DNA from: Rubrobacter sp.
Lineage (GTDB): Bacteria; Actinomycetota; Rubrobacteria; Rubrobacterales; Rubrobacteraceae
Direction: 5' to 3'
Length of the DNA stretch: 56,222 nt
Assembly (NCBI GenBank): GCA_035563475.1
Contig: DATMVF010000105.1
Location: 1 to 56,222, forward strand
Under the pieces are notes generated by a model. That model worked only from the letters and a program-made list of their open reading frames with translations, searched no databases and was not told the DNA's origin. This document shows positions 40,121 through 48,933 of the stretch, piece by piece. Positions within the stretch are counted from its first letter, which is position 1; each line of letters begins with the position of its first letter. The position numbers and the translations under genes were made by a program.

Positions 40121-40740
40121 AGCTGCTTCTTCAGATACAGCCACTCCCGGATGCCCATAAACCAGGCGGCGATCAGGGATCTCTGCCGCGAGACCTCCGC
40201 GTAACCCTCGGCCTCGTAGAGTCGCAGGGCGCCGAGGTTGTTGCCCGTGACGTGCAGGCCCACGGACTTCTTGCCCGCGTCCCTGGCGAGGTCTTCCGCG
40301 GCCGAGAGCAGGCGCCGCGCCATGCCCTGGCGCCGGAAGGAGGGGGAGATCACGAGCCGTTCGATGTAAGCTTCGGAAGTGACGGAGGAGTACGTCGGGT
40401 AGGAGAGCAATGTCGTCGCCCAGACCGCCCGCGGAAAGCCGAGGTTGCGGGTGAGGGCCCTCCACAGACCGCGGGCGAGGATGTCTTCCCTGGAGACTTC
40501 CGTCCTGACGCCGATGCTGCCGGCGATCTCTCCATCTGCGTACCCTTCGACCACCAGGGAAGTCACCCCGCCAGAGGTGTGCTCCAGGCGGATCCAGCGC
40601 TCCATGACCTTGAGCGAGCGGTCCATCCTACCGCCGAAGACGTGCCTGAACTGGTCCAGGAATCCTTCCACGACGAGGGCGGCGATAGCCGGATCATCAT
40701 CAGGCCGGGCGAGGCGTATGGTGAACTGCTCGGCCTCCAT
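40117..40740 (-). CDS. GNAT acetyltransferase
   Basis: RRQGMARRLL and NLGALRLYEAEGY motifs. Confidence 0.85.
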   Translation of the reverse strand: MEAEQFTIRLARPDDDPAIAALVVEGFLDQFRHVFGGRMDRSLKVMERWIRLEHTSGGVTSLVVEGYADGEIAGSIGVRTEVSREDILARGLWRALTRNLGFPRAVWATTLLSYPTYSSVTSEAYIERLVISPSFRRQGMARRLLSAAEDLARDAGKKSVGLHVTGNNLGALRLYEAEGYAEVSRQRSLIAAWFMGIREWLYLKKQL

Positions 40741-40767
40741 CAGGATATCCTACCAGAGTCTCGACCC

Positions 40768-41565
40768 TCAGCCGATAAGCCGCCTGCGCATGATCTGGAC
40801 CGGGATCAAGGCGAGCGCTCCGGTAAACACGAGCATCCAGGCCACGTCGACGAGGACCCCTAAGGAAGGTCCCGTGGCGAGCTCCCTGCACACGTTGACA
40901 GCGTGGTAGAGCGGGGTAAACCAGGCGATCTGCGGCACCGGCGCGGGGAAGTCGTCTACGGGGAAGAAGACGCCGGAGAGCAAAAATAGCGGGGTCACGA
41001 CCAGGGTAAAGTAGTAGGCATAGAGGTCTATGCGTTCTATGAGGCTGGTGAACAGCGTGCCCATCACGCTGAACATGATGCCGATTACGAGCAGCATCAG
41101 GGGCAACAGCAGGGCCCACCACGACGTGACGAGAGGCTGCCCGAAGACGATGCCAAGCACCACTATCATCGCGAGAAACGCGGTCCCGTAGAGCGCCGCG
41201 CGCGTCCCCGCCCACAGATACTCACCACCGACCACGTCCTCCGCGTTGACGGGCGTGGTTATTATGGCGTCGTAGATCTTGTCTATCTTGAGCTTGACGA
41301 AGGTGTTGAAAGTGCTCTCGAAGGAGGCGGCGAACATGGCGTTGCTCGCCAGGAGCCCAGGGGCTACGAACTGGACGTAGGGCTGGCCGTTGATGCCTCC
41401 CTGCTGGATGAACGCCCCGAGCCCTAGCCCGAGCGCCGCCAGATAGAGGAGCGGCTCGACGAAGTTGGGGAACAAAATAGTCTTCCAATACTTCCGGAAG
41501 ATGGTGATGTTGCGCTGCCACACCCTGAACGACCCGCGGGCCGAGGGTATCCTTATCGTACCCAC
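40768..41565 (-). CDS. ABC-2 type exporter permease (NodJ-like)
   Basis: EPLLYLAALGLGLG, FVAPGL, SGVFFP and TPLYH motifs. Confidence 0.9.
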   Translation of the reverse strand: MGTIRIPSARGSFRVWQRNITIFRKYWKTILFPNFVEPLLYLAALGLGLGAFIQQGGINGQPYVQFVAPGLLASNAMFAASFESTFNTFVKLKIDKIYDAIITTPVNAEDVVGGEYLWAGTRAALYGTAFLAMIVVLGIVFGQPLVTSWWALLLPLMLLVIGIMFSVMGTLFTSLIERIDLYAYYFTLVVTPLFLLSGVFFPVDDFPAPVPQIAWFTPLYHAVNVCRELATGPSLGVLVDVAWMLVFTGALALIPVQIMRRRLIG

Positions 41566-42530
41566 TATTCCACCAGCCTCCTCCCCGTGAGCCGCAGGAA
41601 GACGTCCTCCAGTCCGGCCTGGCGGTACACGGTGTTCTCGATCTCCGTCCCCGAGTCCCGCACCCGCTCGAGGAGGGCGTCGGCGTCGTCGGTGTAGGCG
41701 AGGATCGACTCATCGCCGGTCCGCTCGACGGCGTCCGAGACGGCCTCGAGAACGGGAACGAGATCCTCTAGCGACCTGTGGTCCGTCCTGAACTCGAGGA
41801 CCTGCGGGCTGACGTGCTCTTCGACCAGCGCCCCCGGCTTTCCTTCCGCGATGATCAAACCCCCCTCCATGATGACCAGCCTGTCACACAGCCGCGCGGC
41901 CTCTTCCATGTAATGGGTGGTCAGGATGAGGGTCTTGCCCTCCTCGGTGAGCTCGCGCAACCGGTCCCAGACGAGCAGGCGGGCCTGCGGGTCGAGCCCC
42001 GTAGTCGGCTCGTCGAGGACGACGATCTCGGGATCGTTCAGCAGGGCGCGGGCGATGAGCAAGCGCCGCTTCATCCCGCCAGAGAGCTGCTCGACCGTCG
42101 CTTCGGCCTTGTCGGAGAGCTGCATGAAGTCGAGAAGCTCCTCAGCCCTCCTGCGTACCAGCTTGCTGGGAAGGTCGTAGTACCTGCCGTAGATGAGCAG
42201 GTTCTCCTCTACTTTGAGCTCGTCGTCGAGGTTGTTCTCCTGGGGGACGACCCCGATGCGGCGTTTGATCTCCCGCTCGTGGTGGTAGACGTCGAGACCG
42301 GCGACGGCGAGCTCTCCGCCAGTCGGTATCACGGCACCGTAGATCATCTTCATCGTCGTGGTCTTCCCAGCCCCGTTCGGGCCCAAAAAACCGAAACACT
42401 CTCCACCGAAGACCTCGAAGTCGACGCCCTTGACCGCCTCGAAGCCCGAGAAGCTCTTCTTCAGACCCCGCGCTTCGAGTGTCGGCTCCCCAGTCAGGGC
42501 ACCCTTGGTTCTCTCCGTCTCCGCGTTCAA
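41565..42530 (-). CDS. ABC exporter ATP-binding protein (NodI-like)
   Basis: GPNGAGKTT, LSGGMKRR, LDEPTTGLDP, TTHYMEEA and LEDVFLRLTG motifs. Confidence 0.93.
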   Translation of the reverse strand: MNAETERTKGALTGEPTLEARGLKKSFSGFEAVKGVDFEVFGGECFGFLGPNGAGKTTTMKMIYGAVIPTGGELAVAGLDVYHHEREIKRRIGVVPQENNLDDELKVEENLLIYGRYYDLPSKLVRRRAEELLDFMQLSDKAEATVEQLSGGMKRRLLIARALLNDPEIVVLDEPTTGLDPQARLLVWDRLRELTEEGKTLILTTHYMEEAARLCDRLVIMEGGLIIAEGKPGALVEEHVSPQVLEFRTDHRSLEDLVPVLEAVSDAVERTGDESILAYTDDADALLERVRDSGTEIENTVYRQAGLEDVFLRLTGRRLVE

Positions 42531-42865
42531 CCGCCAACCTCTCTATGTACTTGGGAACGTTCACCAGTCCCGACCGGCGTTTCGGACCACGCAAGTGTCG
42601 GGGAAGATCTCGGGAACGGCACATATACTACCGTATCTCGGCTCTCGGACCAGGGCCAGAGCAGCAGCGTCCTACGGAATTTAAGGCCCGCCAGGCTCAC
42701 CGCCATCGGCGGAGATACTTTGCCTACCATTAAGGAAAGTTTACTAACTACTCTACCGCTTTGTGAAAAGTGCTGTTAAAATCTCGCGCATGTTTCGTTC
42801 GGCGAAGCGGCAGCGACGCGGACCGTGTACAGCTTTTGCGCAGGTGGGAAGAACGGAGAGGGCAC

Positions 42866-43654
42866 ATGGGCAAAAGATCTGATCGACGTAAGTTCAGGAG
42901 GCGACGCAGGTGGGCCGCGTTCTTAGTGCTTTTGTCGCTTGCCCTCATGGTGTTTGGTGTAACGTTACTGACGGGCTCCCCTGATAAGCAACCGGTTGCC
43001 ACTGATGGGATAGAGAGAGCCGCCGTGGAGAGGGCGGCATCTGTGCAGGTGGCCGGGGCCCCCGAGGCTGCAAGCGAACAGAAGCGGGAAGACGCACAGG
43101 TCCTGGCCTCAGAAGAGGAGGACAAGAAGACCACGGCCGAGAAGAACGAGCCCGCTCAGAAGCCAGAGCCGAAGAAGCGGTCTACGATACCGACGCCGCC
43201 CACGAATGACCTGTGGATGTCCATCCCGGCGCTCGGGCTCTACGACAACTACGTGACCAACTCCGCGGCCGAGTCCGCGATGGATTATGGGGCCATAAAG
43301 TTGCCCCATTCGGGCTTCCCCTGGCAGGACAACGCGAACACCTACATTGCGGCTCACAGGCTAGGGTGGCCCGGTACGGCTAGCCACCATCAGTTCTACA
43401 ATCTGCCGCTTCTGGCCAAGGGGGATGTGATCTACCTCGGCGACGTCAACGGGACTACCTACACTTACGAGGTTACGGAGTTCAAAGAGATAACGCCGGA
43501 TGAAACATGGGTAACGACTCCCAAGCCGGGAAGGGATATGGTCTCGTTGCAGACGTGCATAGAGACCTTCGGTGACTACTGGACGATGGGCCCGAACTGG
43601 TACGTGCGCTACATCGTGCAGGCCGACAGGGTCTCCGTGGACGTCGCGGAGTAA
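42866..43654 (+). CDS. sortase (class D/E-like)
   Basis: N-terminal TM; YIAAHR (His), SLQTC (Cys) and VRYIVQA (Arg). Confidence 0.85.
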   Translation: MGKRSDRRKFRRRRRWAAFLVLLSLALMVFGVTLLTGSPDKQPVATDGIERAAVERAASVQVAGAPEAASEQKREDAQVLASEEEDKKTTAEKNEPAQKPEPKKRSTIPTPPTNDLWMSIPALGLYDNYVTNSAAESAMDYGAIKLPHSGFPWQDNANTYIAAHRLGWPGTASHHQFYNLPLLAKGDVIYLGDVNGTTYTYEVTEFKEITPDETWVTTPKPGRDMVSLQTCIETFGDYWTMGPNWYVRYIVQADRVSVDVAE

Positions 43655-43720
43655 GCGTTTCAGCCCGGCGCCTCTGGTGCCTTGTCAGCACGCTTCGCCT
43701 CGCTTTCAGCATTTCAGCTT
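43653..43720. repeat. octamer-array element, left arm, copy F
   Basis: Starts inside the sortase TAA: aagcgtttcagc-ccggcgcctctggtgcc-ttgtcagcac-gcttcgcctcgc-tttcagcatttcagctt. Confidence 0.75.
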
Positions 43721-43932
43721 TTCGCTCATAGCCTCTCACGCGTAGCCAAAGGCGCAGTTCGGAGTAGGTCGATGCCTCTGTTTATCGTTGCGGGAGCGTC
43801 GCCAGGCGCGTTTCTGTAGAGCGTCTTTGAGCGATGGTGCACTTTCTTTGGTACGACATGCAAAAGCGTCTATACTTGCCGCTCCCGTCACGGAGACGGG
43901 TCCTGGCATTTCGAGATAGGAGGATAACTCAC

Positions 43933-44961
43933 ATGGCACTGGTTACGATGCGCCAGCTTCTGGACGAGGCGGCGAACGGGGGTTACGGTGTAGGGGCGTT
44001 CAACGTCAACAACCTGGAACAGGTACAGGCCATCATGGAGGCCGCGCGGGAGACAGGGTCTCCCGTCATCATCCAGGCTTCGCGAGGCGCACGCAAGTAC
44101 ACGGGCGACCGCTTCCTGTACCATCTCATGGAGGCCGCGACGGAGATATACCCCGAGATCTCCGTCGCCCTGCACCAGGACCACGGCAACTCCCCCGAGA
44201 CCTGCAAGAGCGCCATAGATCTAGGCTTTACCAGCGTCATGATGGACGGCTCGCTCATGGAAGACGGTAAGACCCCTGCGGACTTCGAGTACAACGTGAA
44301 CGTCACGCGCGAAGTGGTCGAGATGGCGCACGCCTCAGGCGTCACCGTAGAGGGCGAGCTGGGGACTCTCGGCGGCATAGAGGACGACGTTGGCTCCGGT
44401 GAGGTGAACTTGACGGACCCAGATCAGGCCGTGGAATTCGTCGAGCGGACGGGGGTAGACGCTCTGGCGGTCGCCATCGGGACGAGTCACGGGGCTTACA
44501 AGTTCACGAAAGAGCCGGACCGCGAGGTCCTCGCCATGCACATCATCGAAGAGATCAACGAGCGGCTCCCGACCACGCACCTCGTCATGCACGGCTCCTC
44601 CAGCGTACCCAAGGAACTCGTCGACATTATCAACGCGTATGGCGGCGAAATAAAGCCCACTTGGGGCGTGCCCGTGCGGGAGATCCAAGAGGGCATCAAG
44701 CACGGCGTGAGGAAGATCAACGTGGACACCGACCTGCGTCTGGCCGCGACGGGCGCCATCCGCAAGGCCTTCGCCGAGGACCCATCGGAGTTCGATCCCC
44801 GCTACTACCTGAAGCCGGCCAGGGCAGCGATGCAGGAGGTCGTAAAGGCGCGCATGCAGGCCTTCGGACAGGCGGGCCACGCGACGGACTACGATCCCAT
44901 CTCCCTCCCGGACATGGCAGTCCGCTACAAGGAACAAGGTCACCACCTGACGGTTACCTAG
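43933..44961 (+). CDS. fba: fructose-bisphosphate aldolase class II
   Basis: [41 protein letters not shown] and KINVDTD motifs. Confidence 0.95.
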   Translation: MALVTMRQLLDEAANGGYGVGAFNVNNLEQVQAIMEAARETGSPVIIQASRGARKYTGDRFLYHLMEAATEIYPEISVALHQDHGNSPETCKSAIDLGFTSVMMDGSLMEDGKTPADFEYNVNVTREVVEMAHASGVTVEGELGTLGGIEDDVGSGEVNLTDPDQAVEFVERTGVDALAVAIGTSHGAYKFTKEPDREVLAMHIIEEINERLPTTHLVMHGSSSVPKELVDIINAYGGEIKPTWGVPVREIQEGIKHGVRKINVDTDLRLAATGAIRKAFAEDPSEFDPRYYLKPARAAMQEVVKARMQAFGQAGHATDYDPISLPDMAVRYKEQGHHLTVT

Positions 44962-45014
44962 AGCAAAGGTTCTTGCCAGCCCAAGAGCAGAGGACGGACC
45001 CTCGTCGAGGTCCC

Positions 45015-45692
45015 TTAGGCCCGGTGTCTGACCAGGATGGAACGCGCTAGTGGCGCGCCGAGGGCGTGGGTGACCCCGTCCTCGTCCTCTGCGGTGACGA
45101 CGCCGTCCAGCGCTCGGACTTCCCTCACCCGGAGCGCGCGCCCCGGCACGAGCCCAAGACCCCGCAGGTAGATGAGCACGGCAGGGTCCCTGTTCTCTAC
45201 CCGCGAGACGACGAAACGCCCGCCGACCTCCGTCCCGCTGAGGGGCCGCGAATCCTCGGGCGGCAGCGCCCCGTCGGACGCGGGGATGGGCGCGCCATGG
45301 GGATCCCGCTCCGGATGGCCCAGAAGCTCGGCCAGACGCTCCGTGAACTCGTCGGAGACGGCGTGCTCCAGCCGCTCGGCCTCCTCGTGTACGTCCTCCC
45401 ACGAGTACCCCAAATGCTCGAGCAGGAACGTCTCGATCAGACGGTGCCGCCGCACCAGCCGCAAAGCCTCCGCGCGCCCCCGCCTCGTGAGGGAAGCCCC
45501 GCGGTAAGGCTCGTAAAGGGCTAGTCCCATCCCCTGTAACCTCGCGAACATGTTGGTTACCGAAGCGGATGAGACGGAGAGCCTGTCAGCAACGCCCTTG
45601 GTCGACGCCGCTCCCGAACCCGCAATCTCCCATACGGCCTTGAGGTAGTCCCCGACCGAGGCGGATGGCTGAGTGACCACTGTGTTTCCCAT
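45015..45692 (-). CDS. DtxR/IdeR/MntR-family metal-dependent repressor with a FeoA-like C-terminal domain
   Basis: DYLKAV, HRLIETFL, HEEAERLEH and DPHGAPIP motifs. Confidence 0.93.
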   Translation of the reverse strand: MGNTVVTQPSASVGDYLKAVWEIAGSGAASTKGVADRLSVSSASVTNMFARLQGMGLALYEPYRGASLTRRGRAEALRLVRRHRLIETFLLEHLGYSWEDVHEEAERLEHAVSDEFTERLAELLGHPERDPHGAPIPASDGALPPEDSRPLSGTEVGGRFVVSRVENRDPAVLIYLRGLGLVPGRALRVREVRALDGVVTAEDEDGVTHALGAPLARSILVRHRA

Positions 45693-45742
45693 CTCCGATC
45701 ACAATATAGGTGATTCGAACAATTTTTTCAAGCAAAAGTACT

Positions 45743-45785
45743 TTGACATGTAACCTCGATTTGTCGTAATATTAGGCAGGGCTAA
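45743..45785 (+). promoter_or_regulatory. MCO-ZIP promoter with an overlapping DtxR-family operator
   Basis: TTGACA (45743)-18 nt-TAATAT (45767), followed directly by TTAGGCAGGGCTAA (45772-45785), which resembles TTAGG-N4-CCTAA. Confidence 0.7.
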
Positions 45786-45834
45786 AACTAACTCGGGGTA
45801 CGCAGTCCCGTAAGGGCGCAGCACACGGAACAGG

Positions 45835-46887
45835 ATGGCGCGCATGGATAGATCGGAATTGGGGGTTTCACGCAGGGATTTCCTGAGGGCCGCGGGCGTA
45901 GCCGGGGCTCTGGGGGTTTCGGGTAGCCTGTTGGGGGCCCGCGCGGCCCTCGGGCACGACGGAGAAAAGCATGGGGCGGACCATAAGGCTGGCCACGGGG
46001 CTGCTGACTCCGGCGGCATGGCTGCGCACGGGGGGAATGGGACGGTTGGGGATGTGGACCTCTCCAGGTTCGACCCTTCGAAGTTCTTGAGGGAGTTCTA
46101 CTGGGGTGAGGAGCGGACCGAGGGCGGCAGGACGGTTCGGGAGTACGAGCTGAGTGCGGAGGCGGTGGAAGTAGAGGTGGCGCCGGGGGTGATGTACCCG
46201 GCGTGGGCCTACAACGGGCAGGTACCCGGGCCAACGTTGCGCGCCAGGGAGGGTGACTTGTTGCGGGTGGTGTTCAGAAACAGGGACGCGCACCCGCACA
46301 CGATACACTTCCACGGCTTCCACCCGGCGGGCATGGACGGGGTGTTCGAGCTTGTCGCGCCGGGCCAGGAGTTCGTCTACGAGTTCGAAGCCGAGCCGTT
46401 CGGGTGTCACCTCTACCATTGCCACGTGATGCCCCTCAAGAAGCACATCGAGAAGGGGCTCTACGGAGCTTTCGTCATAGACCCGAGGGAGGGGCGTGAG
46501 GAGGCCGACGAGTTGGTGATGGTCATGAACGGCTTCGACACCAACTTCGACGGCGCGAACGAGGTCTACGCCGTGAACACCGTTGCCTTCCACCACCAGC
46601 GCCATCCCGTGGAGCTGAAACTAGGCCAGCTGGTGAGGATCTACGTGGTCAACGTGCTGGAGTTCGACTTCGTCAACAGCTTCCACACGCACGCCAACTT
46701 CTTTGACTACTATCCGACGGGGACCAGGCTCGAGCCCTCCGAGTTCACGGACACCAAGATGTTCGCCCAGGGGGAGCGCGGGATCATGGAGTTCAGCTAC
46801 GACTTCCCCGGGCTCTTCATGTTCCACGCCCACGTCAGCGAGTTCGCCGAGCTCGGTTGGATGGGCCTGTTCGACGTGAAGGAGTAG
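45835..46887 (+). CDS. Tat-exported two-domain multicopper oxidase (type C)
   Basis: SRRDFLR Tat signal; His-rich linker; domain 1 has HTIHFHG and HCHVMPLKKHIEKGL (T1 Cu, Leu axial position); domain 2 has FHTH and FHAH with no T1 Cys. Confidence 0.9.
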   Translation: MARMDRSELGVSRRDFLRAAGVAGALGVSGSLLGARAALGHDGEKHGADHKAGHGAADSGGMAAHGGNGTVGDVDLSRFDPSKFLREFYWGEERTEGGRTVREYELSAEAVEVEVAPGVMYPAWAYNGQVPGPTLRAREGDLLRVVFRNRDAHPHTIHFHGFHPAGMDGVFELVAPGQEFVYEFEAEPFGCHLYHCHVMPLKKHIEKGLYGAFVIDPREGREEADELVMVMNGFDTNFDGANEVYAVNTVAFHHQRHPVELKLGQLVRIYVVNVLEFDFVNSFHTHANFFDYYPTGTRLEPSEFTDTKMFAQGERGIMEFSYDFPGLFMFHAHVSEFAELGWMGLFDVKE

Positions 46888-46890
46888 GGG

Positions 46891-48066
46891 ATGGGACGAG
46901 AGCGTGGACCGGTCTGGGTGCTCCTGGGGCTCGTGCCGCTGCTGGGGTTGGGCGTGCTGCTGGCCGCCATCGTGTTGAACGGGGCGGGGATAGACCGCGA
47001 AGACCGTCCTCCCGTGGAGGACCTCACCATCGATCGGGTGTCTTTGCCCACACCGGACGAGATCGTGGTGAGCGTGACCAATGGCGGTCCCGAGCCCGTT
47101 ACCGTGAGCCAGGTGACGGTCAATGAGGCGCTCTGGGATTTCACGGTTGAGCCGGACGCCAGGATCTCACCGCTTGGTTCGGCGGAGATCACCCTGCCTT
47201 ACTCCTGGATCGAGGGCGAGGCATACGGGATAACCCTCATCACGGACACAGGGACCACCTTCTCCGCCGAGGTGCCTGCGGCGGTGATCACACCGACGTT
47301 CACGGCGGAGACGTTCTGGCGCTACGCGCTGATCGGGACCTACGTCGGCGTGATACCGGTGGCGCTCGGGCTGCTCTGGTACCCCTTCCTGAGGCGCCTC
47401 GGCTCCGCGGGGATAGGGGCTATACTTGCCCTCACGCTGGGGCTGCTGGTCTGGCTGGTCGTGGACACCTTGCTGGAAGCGGTGGAGGTAGCCGGGCGGT
47501 TGCCCGGGGTCTTCTCCGGCGTCCCGCTGGTGCTGGTGGTGGCACTGCTCGCCCTGCTCGGGCTGTTGGGTGCCGAGCGTTTGTTCAGGAGGCGTGGGCA
47601 GACGAGCCGGCTCTCGACCTCTTACCGGATCGCTTTGGGGATAGGACTGCACAACCTGGGGGAGGGGTTGGCCATCGGCGCGGCGTTCGCCCTCGGGGAG
47701 GCGGCACTCGGGACGTTCCTCGTGGTCGGGTTCACGTTGCACAACATCACAGAAGGCGTAGGCATCGCGGCGCCCATCCTCGAAGAGAGGCCAAGCCTCG
47801 CGCACTTCGCGGGCCTGGCGCTTCTCGGCGGTGGGCCTGCCGTCCTGGGGACCTGGATCGGTGGCTTCGCCTACTCCAACCTCGCCTCGGCCGTGTTGCT
47901 CGCCGTCGGGGCCGGCGCCATACTACAGGTGATCTACGAGGTTGGCCGGCTTCTCCTGAAGGATTCGGCCCGGTCGAAAACCCCTGCCCTCTCCGTCCCC
48001 AACCTGGGCGGGTTCACCGCCGGTGTGGCCATAATGTACGTCACGGCATTGCTGGTGAGCGTTTAG
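46891..48066 (+). CDS. ZIP-family metal transporter with an N-terminal extracytoplasmic beta domain
   Basis: GLHNLGEGLAIG and TLHNITEGVG metal sites; ~100-aa soluble beta-rich domain after the first TM. Confidence 0.88.
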   Translation: MGRERGPVWVLLGLVPLLGLGVLLAAIVLNGAGIDREDRPPVEDLTIDRVSLPTPDEIVVSVTNGGPEPVTVSQVTVNEALWDFTVEPDARISPLGSAEITLPYSWIEGEAYGITLITDTGTTFSAEVPAAVITPTFTAETFWRYALIGTYVGVIPVALGLLWYPFLRRLGSAGIGAILALTLGLLVWLVVDTLLEAVEVAGRLPGVFSGVPLVLVVALLALLGLLGAERLFRRRGQTSRLSTSYRIALGIGLHNLGEGLAIGAAFALGEAALGTFLVVGFTLHNITEGVGIAAPILEERPSLAHFAGLALLGGGPAVLGTWIGGFAYSNLASAVLLAVGAGAILQVIYEVGRLLLKDSARSKTPALSVPNLGGFTAGVAIMYVTALLVSV

Positions 48067-48122
48067 GCTGACTGCCGGGGCACTACAAGGGTCGATGTAT
48101 AGGCCGCCAGAAGGGGCCATGG

Positions 48123-48797
48123 TCAGAACAGGCTGTACCGTGCGGCGGGCTCAGGCAAAGGGAAGAGCGTGAGGAAGCGTTCCACAGCTGCCTCGTCGCC
48201 TTCGACCCTCACGTCCCCGGATCGCAACGCTTCTTCCAGGTCCCGATCCTGGTAGACGAGCCCGGCCAGCGTAGCCGAATCGGCCTCGATGATCGCGTCG
48301 GGACGCTCGACGCCGCCGCGTTCGACCTCGAAGCCGTTCCTGGACACCTCGGCCCTGAAGCGGTCCTCCCCCATCCTGAGTTCGTAGCTCGCCTCCAAGC
48401 CCTCCGCAGCCCCAGGGTCGAACATCGTCCTGAAGGAGAGGATCAGGGAGTCAACACCCAGTGGAGCGTCGCCGGGTATCGACGGGGAGCGGGCACCCCA
48501 CCTGCCGAGACGAATAATGACCGGCTCCAATTCCTCGCCCCATTCGGTCAACTCGTAGATCTTCGACGCCGCCGGCGGAGGTAGCCTCCTGCGACGCACG
48601 ATCCCGGCCTCCTCCAACTCGCGCAGGCGCTGGGCGAGTACGTTGGGACTGGCGTGCGGCAATCCAGCCCGCAAGTCCGTGAACCGCTTCGGCCCCAGCA
48701 ACAACTCGCGTACTACAAGGAGCGCCCAGCGCTCGCCCACAAGGTCGAGCGCATGCGCCGCAGCACACCCGTCATCGTATGTGCGTCTTGTCACCAT
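48123..48797 (-). CDS. HxlR-family regulator with a C-terminal SCP2-like domain
   Basis: CAAAHALDLVGERWALLVVRELL...RLRELE...YELTEWG; C-terminal PDAIIEAD...GDVRVEGD. Confidence 0.9.
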   Translation of the reverse strand: MVTRRTYDDGCAAAHALDLVGERWALLVVRELLLGPKRFTDLRAGLPHASPNVLAQRLRELEEAGIVRRRRLPPPAASKIYELTEWGEELEPVIIRLGRWGARSPSIPGDAPLGVDSLILSFRTMFDPGAAEGLEASYELRMGEDRFRAEVSRNGFEVERGGVERPDAIIEADSATLAGLVYQDRDLEEALRSGDVRVEGDEAAVERFLTLFPLPEPAARYSLF

Positions 48798-48933
48798 ATG
48801 GTGAGTTTATCACCGTAGGTCTTGAAGTCTACATATCTGGTAGGGTTTCGATGATCAATGGTTGTTTTTTAGGACTACTGCCGTATTCTCAGAGCAGACA
48901 ATGTTGCGATCTCGGGAAACGGAGACGGTCCAG

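Noticed and set aside
40768-42530. Nod-factor export (nodIJ)
   Set aside because: Only family-level similarity; no nodABC genes; a generic ABC-2 exporter.
43933-44961. Calvin-cycle cluster, since fba resembles the CbbA subtype
   Set aside because: No RuBisCO, prk or other cbb genes nearby; this subtype also serves glycolysis and gluconeogenesis.
45835-46887. MCO as copper nitrite reductase NirK
   Set aside because: It has four HxH motifs for a trinuclear centre and Leu rather than Met at the T1 axial site, and its context is metal uptake.
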